In this document: piece by piece, positions 17,149-26,600 of the stretch
Layout: every line of letters begins with the position of its first letter
How positions within the stretch are numbered: the first letter of the stretch is position 1
NCBI GenBank assembly: GCA_018831055.1
Contig: JAHJRE010000110.1
Coordinates: 1 to 36,505, forward strand
Direction of reading: 5' to 3'
Source of the DNA: Bacteroidota bacterium
Lineage (GTDB): Bacteria > Bacteroidota > Bacteroidia > Bacteroidales > B18-G4
Length of the DNA: 36,505 bases
Translations under genes and position numbers: made by a program
Notes under the pieces: model-generated
The model's input: the letters and a program-made list of their open reading frames with translations, nothing else
What the model was told of the DNA's origin: nothing
Databases searched by the model: none

Positions 17149-20100
17149 CTAATACGTCACCAACACCTTACGGCTCACAACTCCCTCGCTTGCCCGGAAA
17201 CACACCACATACAAGCCTCCGGGAAGGTTATGGGAATAGCTTTGTTCAGATTCTCCATCCAAAATGCCCGATAACACAGGTTTGCAGGTCATATCGAATA
17301 CGGCAAACTGCCCGGTAAGCTGTTCAGGATTGCTTATATGCAACGTATTACCACCGTTCCAGGCTAAAATATTTATAACCGAACCGGTAAACTGTTTTTC
17401 TCCGATCCCCACCGTGCTGAAATGCAGCAGGAAGCGCCCGGGATCATCGCCTTCGGTTGCGGTAAAGCTGTAAATGGGTTCATTGGTCAGGTTATGGGTA
17501 GTCTGGGTTTGGAGGTCGGTTAAGAAAACCGGAAGATCAGGATCAAGATCATCCGTTCCTTCAATCCGGATGTAAAATTGTGTTCCCTCATTTTTTATAA
17601 AATATAAGGGAATCTGTATGCTTTCACTAAGCTCCGGCAGACCGTTGGTCGATACTGCCTTCCCTTCGGTTTGCGTATAAAACTGAGGTGCATACCCCGG
17701 CAGATACCAGCAATCATAAGCAATATCATAACTCTGGCTTGCTTCAGGTATAAAACGGATCACCGTTTCCTGGGTAGTATGGTACTCAACATCATGAACC
17801 GTAAGCTTTAACGTGTTGACTCCTGTTGATTTATACCAAACATCCGTTTCATGACTTCTTAATGCCTTCGGGATGATCAGGCTTCCTGTCTGGTTTTCTG
17901 CCACATACACCATAAACCCTTGCATTGGCGGGATCATCTCTCCATTATCTATATCCGTATAGGAAGCGCTGCTTTCCTGCCAGATCTTTGCCGTGCTGCC
18001 TATATTCTGCTGCTGCCAATTGAGATCCCATTCAATGTCCCATGTCCAAATAACACCACACGGAAATGGATTTCCCAGCAAATGCCACCCTCTGTTCTCC
18101 GAAGTAAGGGTGTGTGTGAGGTTAGTGATGCTTACATTGGAATTATTCCAGGTTCCGCTGAATGACTTGGTCTGATCTGATCCGTAAGCCACCAGATATC
18201 CCTTTCCCACCGTGAAGGTGCTTTCAAAACTGCTGTTCCAGCTTCCATCTCCGGCCTTGGTGTTGATCCAGTAATTCGTGGGTTCATCCCAACTGTAAAA
18301 GTCCTCATTTACTGTGGGGGGATCGGATACAAAACCCGGCTGAATGGCCTGAGCTGAAACGGGAGAAGAAAGAAAATGCCAGCCATGATTAGCATCGGTC
18401 CATTGTGCAATATAGCGCTGAATTTCATAACTTCCGGATCCTGAATACGTACCGTCAGCAACAACGGAACCTGTTCCTGATGATGTACTTTCCAGAAGGA
18501 AAGTTCCCTCATTGACAATACCACTGTATATGTCGATCATCCCTCCCGGCCTGACCGTTAAAGTTTTTCCTGAGGTAATAACCGCCTTATCAACACGCAT
18601 TCCACAATTGTCGGGTATATCAAAATCTGAGTTTACCAGAAAGTTTTCATCCACATCCAATGGATTGGAAAAGGTAATATCCGCACTGGCGCCTATCACC
18701 AGGTTCCGGCATTCGATGTTCCAGTCATAGGATGGTTGTACCGAGGCCCCCCCGTAATAATAAACCCCGGTGTTATGGCCGGTTGTGGGGTATGATCCGA
18801 GGCTCCAGTTGGAGGTGGTACGCCAGTTGCTGTTGGTTGTATTCAACCAGGTGTTGAAGGCGGAAGAAGCTGTCCAGGATGGAATGGTATAAGAACCTCC
18901 ACCACTTCCCTGCCAGGTGCCGTCAATATCATTACCCGAGATATCCTGCAGGCTTGTCCCGGTAACATTATCAAATGTATAATAAGCAGCCAGGTTGCTT
19001 TCCTGGGTTACATCGAGCATCCGGCACATATTTTCACGAAGCTCCAATGGTGTTCTTACATCATTCCATATCCTGAGTTCATCAATGGAACCATTCATCA
19101 GACGGCCACCCGGTTCACCGGGTGAATCCCCGATCCTTGGATTTTGTGAAGAGGACAAGATCGATGTCGAATGGCTCGAGGAATACACTTCAACACCGTT
19201 AACATAAAGCCGGACATCAGATCCGTCGTAAGTAGCTGCGACATGCTGCCAGGTATTCAACGTCAATACCCCGGTGGCAATAGTGACTGCCCAGTTATAA
19301 CCCCCTGAATACGACATCGTAAAATCAAGGTCACCTCCAGCCCCTCCAAACCGGAATACATAACCCTCACTGTTCGCTCCCCCCCAATAATCATTTCCGA
19401 TGATCGTGTTCTTAAAATATTCATCCTTGAAATCAGTCGGGTATATCCAGGCTTCAATTGAAATATTGGTACCGGTAATATTTAATGCACTTTCTAATGC
19501 TACGTAGTCGTCAGTCCCATCAAAACCCAGGCACTGCTTTGGCCCGAAAAGTGCCGGGGATGTCTGCCATTCATTACCGCTCATATTTGTGAGGGTACCA
19601 TTAAAACTCCCTTTCGTGTCAATTGCAGTAGTTCCGGTGGTCTCGTTAAGCTTATAGTAAGCGACAAGATCCGAACCCGGACTGATGATCTCCCGGTACA
19701 TGTTCTGCCGGATCTCATCCTGGGTCCTGGCATCGTTCCATATCCTTACTTCATCCATCAATCCGTCAAAATATCTTTCGGTGCCCGATCCACCAATTTC
19801 CATAGTACTCATACCATTGGTAATATTCCCGGTATGGGCAACGGTTTTCTCCAGGATACCATTCACATATATTCTCAGATTCGATCCATCATAGGTACCT
19901 GCAATGTGATACCATTTGTTTACTAGCATTTGAGTTGTGCCGGTGCATTTTTTATTTCCGGAGCCTGTCGTAACTACAAATTGGGGAATATCATTGTCTT
20001 CCAGTTCGCCAGGATGGCTATCCCCAATCCTGAGTAAGGATGAAGCATCGTTGTGCCCGGCAACATTTGATATCCTGGCATCCGGAACCGGATCATTGAA

Positions 20101-20274
20101 TGAATGCGGATAAACCCAGGCTTCTATTGTGATTCCTGAAAATCCATTGGAACTTAAGCCTGTAATGCTTATATAATCATTATCGCCGGCAAAGTCGAGT
20201 AAGTTGTTCTGTGCCATGGAATTAATCCCTAAAATCCAAAGCAAAACAATTGACAATAATATTTTAGTCTTCAT
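17149..20274 (-). CDS. T9SS-secreted LamG multidomain protein, paralog of 13558-16683 (also 1041 aa)
   Basis: It has the same architecture and is collinear with its paralog, for example IDELRIWNDVRTPLELRENMCRML...AAYYTFDNVTGTSLQD...SAFNTWLNTTNSNW against LDELRIWSDVRTEEEIRDNMCKTL...VAYYTFDNYSGSALQD...TAFNTWLNTSSSNW. The T9SS C-terminal domain is ...GGLYVVCFRASEGVVSRKVLVTY. Confidence 0.75.
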   Translation of the reverse strand: MKTKILLSIVLLWILGINSMAQNNLLDFAGDNDYISITGLSSNGFSGITIEAWVYPHSFNDPVPDARISNVAGHNDASSLLRIGDSHPGELEDNDIPQFVVTTGSGNKKCTGTTQMLVNKWYHIAGTYDGSNLRIYVNGILEKTVAHTGNITNGMSTMEIGGSGTERYFDGLMDEVRIWNDARTQDEIRQNMYREIISPGSDLVAYYKLNETTGTTAIDTKGSFNGTLTNMSGNEWQTSPALFGPKQCLGFDGTDDYVALESALNITGTNISIEAWIYPTDFKDEYFKNTIIGNDYWGGANSEGYVFRFGGAGGDLDFTMSYSGGYNWAVTIATGVLTLNTWQHVAATYDGSDVRLYVNGVEVYSSSHSTSILSSSQNPRIGDSPGEPGGRLMNGSIDELRIWNDVRTPLELRENMCRMLDVTQESNLAAYYTFDNVTGTSLQDISGNDIDGTWQGSGGGSYTIPSWTASSAFNTWLNTTNSNWRTTSNWSLGSYPTTGHNTGVYYYGGASVQPSYDWNIECRNLVIGASADITFSNPLDVDENFLVNSDFDIPDNCGMRVDKAVITSGKTLTVRPGGMIDIYSGIVNEGTFLLESTSSGTGSVVADGTYSGSGSYEIQRYIAQWTDANHGWHFLSSPVSAQAIQPGFVSDPPTVNEDFYSWDEPTNYWINTKAGDGSWNSSFESTFTVGKGYLVAYGSDQTKSFSGTWNNSNVSITNLTHTLTSENRGWHLLGNPFPCGVIWTWDIEWDLNWQQQNIGSTAKIWQESSASYTDIDNGEMIPPMQGFMVYVAENQTGSLIIPKALRSHETDVWYKSTGVNTLKLTVHDVEYHTTQETVIRFIPEASQSYDIAYDCWYLPGYAPQFYTQTEGKAVSTNGLPELSESIQIPLYFIKNEGTQFYIRIEGTDDLDPDLPVFLTDLQTQTTHNLTNEPIYSFTATEGDDPGRFLLHFSTVGIGEKQFTGSVINILAWNGGNTLHISNPEQLTGQFAVFDMTCKPVLSGILDGESEQSYSHNLPGGLYVVCFRASEGVVSRKVLVTY

Positions 20275-20363
20275 TCTATATTATGTTTAAGTATATAAAA
20301 ATTGTAAAACCCTTAGGATAAAAGTTAACACGATACACCCAGGACAGGGCAATGCAGAAAATA

Positions 20364-20420
20364 GCTTAATGACTGATCTGGCTTGGCTTTCTGTCATTTA
20401 ATTAATCACAATTGACCCAA
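20364..20420 (-). promoter_or_regulatory. Conserved 5' element upstream of LamG paralog 2 (copy B)
   Basis: The sequence gcttaatgactgatctggcttggctttctgtcat (20364-20397) is the second copy of the copy-A element. It is followed by a conserved tgacccaa block and lies about 90-145 bp upstream of the ATG at 20274. Confidence 0.55.
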
Positions 20421-20596
20421 TTATATGAAGTTATAAAAATATATCATTTTTTAGATTAAATCAAGATTTTTTTCATGGAATAGACTCTTTCAATAAGCCA
20501 AAAATTTCAAATAAAACTTTCTATTGCATTTCTGCTTAATCAGTAAAGACAGCCAACTCTATAAATAAGAACCAGAAAAATAACGTATAATGCAAT

Positions 20597-20625
20597 CTAA
20601 TGTGTACTACTGTGACTATTGTGGT
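20597..20625 (+). promoter_or_regulatory. Copy 3 of the ctaatgtgt...ctattgtggt motif, 65-95 bp upstream of the TPR–AraC regulator 20719-22437
   Basis: The sequence ctaatgtgtactactgtgactattgtggt matches copy 2 at 27 of 29 positions. It is in sense orientation relative to the plus-strand regulator gene. Confidence 0.5.
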
Positions 20626-20718
20626 AAAAAAACCTTAAACCAATCCCATAGTATTTATAACTTTGGCAAGATTGGTAAATCTTAACAACATTTGGGATCA
20701 AAAGAAAAATCTCAGAGT

Positions 20719-22437
20719 ATGCTTAAAAGATTGTTGCACCTGTTAACCTTACTGCTTTTTGCTGGCATTCAAACGATTACATCTCAGAACAACACAGATG
20801 AAAGGCTATTCAGCCAACTTGATTCCCTGGAAGGGGAAGAGTTCAGGAAGAGTGTTGCTATTGTTCTTGACTCCATTTCCAGAATACCCGATTATCAATC
20901 TAAAAAAGCATACGTTAATTCTATCTTTACTATAACAGCTCAAAAGGATGAAATTGCACATATCCAGTCGTTGGTGCATACCGCCAGACTTACCGGCTCT
21001 TCCTCCAAAAAGCTTTTTGACAAGGCCTATCAAATTGCTTTCAAGCATAATCGTATCGACGATATGTGCCTTGTAGAACATGCCAGGGGATTGCATTATA
21101 TAGCAGAAAAAAAGTTCGACTCCGCTATGATCCATATTCTCAGGTACCGGGATATGACCCCGGAAGATACTAAAGGCGAAGGCTACAGAAATATCATTAA
21201 CCTCCTGGGAGATATTTATTACTATGCCGGATTGTATAACCAGGCAAGGGATATTTATTTTAACTTATACACACAATATAAAACAGATAATATCTGGAAC
21301 TTCTACAGGCCATACGTTATGATGAACAATCTCGGACAAATTGCCCTGTACTCCGGCGATATGTCTGAAGCAAAAAAATGGTTTATCCAATCGCTTGAAC
21401 GGGCAGACCAATATCTGCATACTTCCTACCGCAATAATACAATGGCCTATACGAGAATCAAACTTGCCGAAACAGAACTGGAATCGGGGAATCTGGACAG
21501 TGCCCGGATGCTGCTTGACGAAGTTGACAAATATCCTGAAACTACCCTTCATGAAGATGTTTTTCAGGAATATCTTTTCTGCAAAACAAAAATGCTGCTT
21601 GCTCAGGGAAAAGCAAACGAAGCCTTTAACACAGCCCATCTGCTGAAACCATCCGACTCTGTGTCATTTAACCAATATCGTTTTATTCCTGACATATATC
21701 TGCTGCTTTCGGATATTTACCTCCAGCAAAATGATTCTGCTTTGGCCTTTACGCATCTGCAGAAATATCAGAAAATCTCCGACTCCCTGCATAAAAGCGA
21801 AAACATCGCACAGTCAATGATTATCCTTGCCAACCGGAACCATGAACTTACCCGGAACGAACTGAAGTCAACAAAACAACGAAACCGGACACTCTACGGT
21901 GGACTGGTGGTTCTTTTAACCGTACTTCTCATTGTACTGTTCCAATACAGAAGCTTGTACCGGTCCAAACTTAAACTGGTCAGAAAATCGATGGAGAATA
22001 TTGGTGGTTTTGATTTACCTGAATTGAAAAAGGAAGCAGAACAATTACAAAACCATACAAATGAAACTGATTTACAAGAACAAAGAAAACTAATCAATAG
22101 GTTACGGGAATACATGGAATCCCAAAAACCATATTTGGATCCCGGGCTTAATATCCAGGAAACGGCAAAACAATTAACCACCAACCGGACTTACTTATCA
22201 CGAGCCATCAATACTCAACTGGGAACAACTTTTCCTAACTTCATCAACAACTACCGTATCCAGGAAGCCATCCGTCTCATCACGACCGGGTTTACCAAAA
22301 ACCACACTCAGGAAGCACTCGCCAAAAGATCGGGCTTTGCCAGCCGCACAGTCTTTACCTCCGCCTTTAAAAAAATCACCGGAGTAGTACCCTCGTTCTT
22401 TATTGCAAAGTATAAAGATGTTGAGAGGGAAGGGTGA
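20719..22437 (+). CDS. Membrane-anchored TPR / AraC-family HTH regulator, paralog of 11782-13473
   Basis: It has a signal peptide (MLKRLLHLLTLLLFAGIQTITSQ), a TPR-like region and a transmembrane helix (LYGGLVVLLTVLLIVLFQY). The C-terminal AraC HTH reads ...YLDPGLNIQETAKQLTTNRTYLSRAIN...RIQEAIRLI...EALAKRSGFASRTVFTSAFKKITGVVPSFF. An alternative upstream ATG lies at 20692. Confidence 0.75.
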   Translation: MLKRLLHLLTLLLFAGIQTITSQNNTDERLFSQLDSLEGEEFRKSVAIVLDSISRIPDYQSKKAYVNSIFTITAQKDEIAHIQSLVHTARLTGSSSKKLFDKAYQIAFKHNRIDDMCLVEHARGLHYIAEKKFDSAMIHILRYRDMTPEDTKGEGYRNIINLLGDIYYYAGLYNQARDIYFNLYTQYKTDNIWNFYRPYVMMNNLGQIALYSGDMSEAKKWFIQSLERADQYLHTSYRNNTMAYTRIKLAETELESGNLDSARMLLDEVDKYPETTLHEDVFQEYLFCKTKMLLAQGKANEAFNTAHLLKPSDSVSFNQYRFIPDIYLLLSDIYLQQNDSALAFTHLQKYQKISDSLHKSENIAQSMIILANRNHELTRNELKSTKQRNRTLYGGLVVLLTVLLIVLFQYRSLYRSKLKLVRKSMENIGGFDLPELKKEAEQLQNHTNETDLQEQRKLINRLREYMESQKPYLDPGLNIQETAKQLTTNRTYLSRAINTQLGTTFPNFINNYRIQEAIRLITTGFTKNHTQEALAKRSGFASRTVFTSAFKKITGVVPSFFIAKYKDVEREG

Positions 22438-22442
22438 AAAAT

Positions 22443-22561
22443 GGGGGCTGTGAGGCTGGGAGGCTGGGAGGCTGGGGGGCTGTGGATTTATCAGTGGGAT
22501 ATGGTATAATTATTAAAAAAGGTTACATAGGGTTCCCAGTCCCCAGCACCCCAGTCCCCAG
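22443..22561. repeat. Mirrored low-complexity repeat blocks: a G-tract block (tandem GGCTGGGA-like units) and a C-tract block (CCCAGTCC-like units) separated by a 47-nt AT-rich spacer
   Basis: The block 22443-22485 is gggggctgtgaggctgggaggctgggaggctggggggctgtgg. The block 22535-22561 is cccagtccccagcaccccagtccccag. The two blocks are imperfect reverse complements and each contains at least four G3+ or C3+ tracts. They lie between the regulator stop (22437) and the CDF start (22626). Confidence 0.6.
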
Positions 22562-22625
22562 TTTCCATTCCCCCTATACTTGCATCCTTTTTCATATTCC
22601 TTATCTTTGCACAAACATCACTTCC

Positions 22626-23555
22626 ATGTCAAACCGTAACCGTCAGATCATAAGGGCATCCTGGGTAGGGGTGTGGGGTAATGCCCTGCTGTCGGTATTA
22701 AAGATATCTGTAGGTTTGATCGCCGGCAGCCTTGCTGTTGTCGGGGATGGAATTGATTCAGCAGGTGATATTATCGCATCCGTTATCACCCTGCTTACTG
22801 CACGGCTGATGTCGCGCCCACCCAATATGAAGTTCCCGTATGGTTACGAAAAAGCCGATGCTCTCGCTTCCAAAGTGCTTTCGTTTATCATGTTCTTTGC
22901 CGGTGCGCAGTTGGGGATATCTGCGGTGAGTGGCCTTATCCGCGGTGTGGAAAGGGAGATGCCCGCAATGTTCGCAATCTATGCGACCCTGATCTCAATA
23001 GCAGGAAAACTGTTGCTCTCCTGGCATCAGCACAGAGCAGGCAAAAAACTCGACAGCCCCATGCTCGTTGCCAACGGCAGAAATATGCAAAATGATGTAA
23101 TCATCTCCGGGGCTGTTCTTGCAGGCTTGTTTTTTACCTTTTTTCTGAAACTTCCTGTTATCGATTCCATAACTGCCATCCTGGTCAGCCTCTGGATCAT
23201 GTATGCTGCCTATGGCATTTTCATGAAAACCAATCCTGAACTTCTCGACGGAGTGCACGATGAAAAAATCTACGACGATGTTTTCAGGGTGATATCCTCC
23301 ATCAAAGGAGTATATAATCCGCACCGGGCCAGGATTCGCAAAGTGGGGAACCAGTTCGTCATCGCCATCGATATCGAGGTCGATGGCAATAAAACCGTAC
23401 ACGAAGCCCACGATATTGCCCGCCAGGTTGAAGATGCTCTTAAGTCTTCCATTGCTAATGTGTACGACATCCTTGTCCACGTCGAACCCTATGGCAATAT
23501 TGAGAAAGACGAGAAATACGGTGTCTCGGGAAAGGATATCCACGGGATATCCTGA
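22626..23555 (+). CDS. Cation diffusion facilitator (CDF) family metal efflux transporter
   Basis: From the internal ATG (MSNRNRQIIRASWVGVWGNALLSVLKISVGLIAGSLAVVGDGIDSAGD...) the sequence shows the TM1–TM2 signature of CDF transporters, six predicted helices and a C-terminal cytoplasmic domain. The 5' extension from the ORF-track start 22434 runs through a G-rich/C-rich repeat and is unlikely to be coding. Confidence 0.8.
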   Translation: MSNRNRQIIRASWVGVWGNALLSVLKISVGLIAGSLAVVGDGIDSAGDIIASVITLLTARLMSRPPNMKFPYGYEKADALASKVLSFIMFFAGAQLGISAVSGLIRGVEREMPAMFAIYATLISIAGKLLLSWHQHRAGKKLDSPMLVANGRNMQNDVIISGAVLAGLFFTFFLKLPVIDSITAILVSLWIMYAAYGIFMKTNPELLDGVHDEKIYDDVFRVISSIKGVYNPHRARIRKVGNQFVIAIDIEVDGNKTVHEAHDIARQVEDALKSSIANVYDILVHVEPYGNIEKDEKYGVSGKDIHGIS

Positions 23556-23650
23556 ACATTTTCTCATCCCAACCCCCGAATTTTCCATTATTATTACCCC
23601 AAACTCACGCACGTTTCTTAATTTTGCAGGGTAAAGCAAAACCGGTGCAT

Positions 23651-26600
23651 ATGATCGTTTTTTATAAAATCAAACAAGACAGGTTTTATGTCGTGGATGC
23701 CGAACGTGGCCTGAAACCGCAGGATTACGATAAACTTCAATGGCTTTTCCACAACGGGGAAGTGATCCCTGAGGATATCCTGGAAGGTGTTTTCATCGGC
23801 CCCAGGAAGGAAATGGTCACTCCCTGGAGCACTAACGCGGTTGAGATCACCCAGAATATGGGCATCAAAGGAATCCGGAGAATAGAGGAATTCCACCTCG
23901 CCACGGAACAGCATCTTCATTACGATCCTATGCTTCAGGCCGTTTATCACGGTCTGTCCCAAAACGTCTTCACCATCGATAAAAAACCGGATCCTGTCAT
24001 GTTCATCGAAAAACCCGGTGATTTCAATGCAAAGGAAGGACTGGCCCTCAGCGAAGAGGAGATTGCATACCTGGAAAACCTTTCCCGCAAGCTCGGCCGG
24101 CATCTTACTGACAGCGAGGTCTATGGTTTTGCCCAGGTCAACAGCGAACACTGCCGCCACAAGATCTTTAACGGCACCTTTATCATCGATGGCAAGGAGA
24201 TGCCCGTCTCCCTGTTCGACCTCATCAAAATGACGTCCAAAGCCAATCACAACCGGCTGGTTTCCGCATACAAAGACAATGTTGCATTTTTTGAGGGCCC
24301 CGTCATCGAGCAGTTTGCTCCGGCCCGGCAGGATATTCCCGATTTCTTCATCATCCGTGATATTGAAACGGTATTATCACTTAAGGCTGAAACCCATAAT
24401 TTCCCGACAACCGTAGAGCCTTTTTACGGTGCTTCCACCGGCAGCGGAGGCGAGATCCGCGACCGCATGGCAGGAGGCAAGGCCAGCATCCCGCTGGCAG
24501 GAACTGCTGTTTACATGACCTCCTATCCTCGTCTGGCAGATGGCCGCATGTGGGAAAAATACACGCATCCACGCCCCTGGTTATATCAGACACCGGAAAG
24601 CATCCTCATCAAAGCCTCCAACGGTGCCAGCGACTTTGGGAACAAATTCGGGCAACCCCTCATCTGCGGCAGCCTGCTTACCTTTGAACACGGCGACGGC
24701 GTGTGGTACGGCTACGATAAAGTGATTATGCTGGCCGGCGGCATTGGTTTTGCCAGGAAGTCGGACAGCATGAAAGCCAAACCCGAAAAGGGAGACCTTA
24801 TCATCGTGCTTGGCGGCGACAATTACCGCATCGGGATGGGCGGAGGCGCCGTATCATCCGTTGATACCGGGCAATACAGCAATACCATTGAGCTTAATGC
24901 CGTTCAGCGCGCCAACCCTGAAATGCAGAAAAGAGTTGCCAACGCTATTCGTGCCCTGGCCGAATCGGAAGAAAATCCCATCATAGCCATCCACGACCAT
25001 GGCGCCGGCGGCCACCTCAACTGCATCTCAGAACTGGTGGAGGAAACAGGTGGAACCGTCGATACGGATAAACTACCCATCGGCGACCCTACCCTCTCCG
25101 CACGCGAAATAGCAGGAAATGAAAGCCAGGAACGAATGGGCCTCATCCTGAACAAAAAAGATTTCAAACTGCTGAAAGACATCGCGGAACGCGAACGCGC
25201 CCCGCTCTATGAAGCCGGTAAAGTCACCGGCGACCATAAACTGGTCTTTAAACAGAAAGATGGCAACACACCGATTAACCTCAACCTCGATGACTTTTTC
25301 GGGAAACCGCCCCGCACCATCCTGGAAGACAAATCTTTTTCCAATACCTTCGATGAGCCTGCATATAAGCAGGAGGACTTCCTGAAATACCTCGAAAGCC
25401 TGCTGCAAATGGAAGCTGTGGCTTGTAAAGACTGGCTTACCAATAAAGTCGACCGCTCCGTGACCGGCAAGGTAGCCAAACAGCAATGCACCGGAACCAT
25501 ACAGCTACCTCTGAACAACGTGGGTGTGGCGGCCCTCGACTATCGCGGTGTTAAAGGTATCGCTACTGCGATAGGCCATGCACCGGTGGCAGGACTGATC
25601 AATCCCGCTGCAGGCTCCGTTTTATCCGTGGCAGAAGCCCTTACCAACCTCGTCTGGGCACCCATCGAAGGTGGCCTGCAAGGTGTCTCCCTCAGCGCTA
25701 ACTGGATGTGGCCGGCGAAAAACCATGGGGAGGATGCACGCCTCTTTAAAGCTGTGGAAGCCCTGAGCCGTTTTGCTATTGGCCTGGGTATCAATGTCCC
25801 GACAGGAAAAGATTCGCTTTCGATGACCCAGAAGTACCCTAACGGACAAAAGGTGATGGCTCCCGGCACGGTCATCGTCTCCGCCGTTGGTGAGGTTACT
25901 GACATCAAAAAGGTCATCAGCCCCTTCCTGGCTTTCGATTTTCATTCAACCATGTATTATGTGGATTTTTCAGGATGCGGCTTTGAGCTTGGTGGCAGCA
26001 GCTTCGCCCAACTCCTCGGTCAACCCGGCTCCCACACCCCGATGGTGAACGACCCGGCCTACTTTAAGAAAGCATTCAACACCATACAACAACTCATCAG
26101 CGACGGAATGATCCAGGCAGGACACGACATCTCTGCCGGGGGGCTCATCACTGCCATCCTGGAAATGGTCTTTCCTGTGAACGATATCGGACTGAAACTC
26201 GATTTCAGCGCAATGCCCGAAAAAGACCCGGTCCGTCTGTTTTTTAGCGAAAAACCGGGTGTTCTCATTCAGGTAAGCGATACCGCTGCCGTGGAAAAAG
26301 CGCTTAAAGGCAACGATATCCTTTTTTACAGGATAGGACAGACCACGGAAGAGAAAAAAGTGGCTATTCAAAACGGATGGGATCTTGATATCGACCATTA
26401 CCGAGACGTATGGTACACAACGTCTTATTATTTCGACAGGAAGCAATCGGGGGAAAAGCTTGCCCTGGAACGTTTCAGCAACTATAAAAAGCAGGATCTG
26501 CGTTTCGACTTCCATAAATCCTTCAAAGGCAAGGCAAAGGATTACGGCATTGAACCGGGCCGCCGCAAGACCAGCGGCATCAGGGCTGCCATACTGCGTG

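Noticed and set aside
22434-22625. A 5' extension of the CDF ORF from ATG 22434 (MKNGGCEAGRLGGWGAVDLS...)
   Set aside because: The extension reads straight through the G-tract/C-tract repeat blocks, giving Gly/Trp/Pro-rich nonsense, and overlaps the upstream gene's stop. The CDF signature begins right at the internal ATG 22626, so the shorter gene is preferred.
22995-23639. A 214-aa minus-strand ORF antisense to the CDF transporter
   Set aside because: It lies entirely within a well-supported CDF gene on the other strand. It has no signal or domain motifs. It is a spurious antisense frame.
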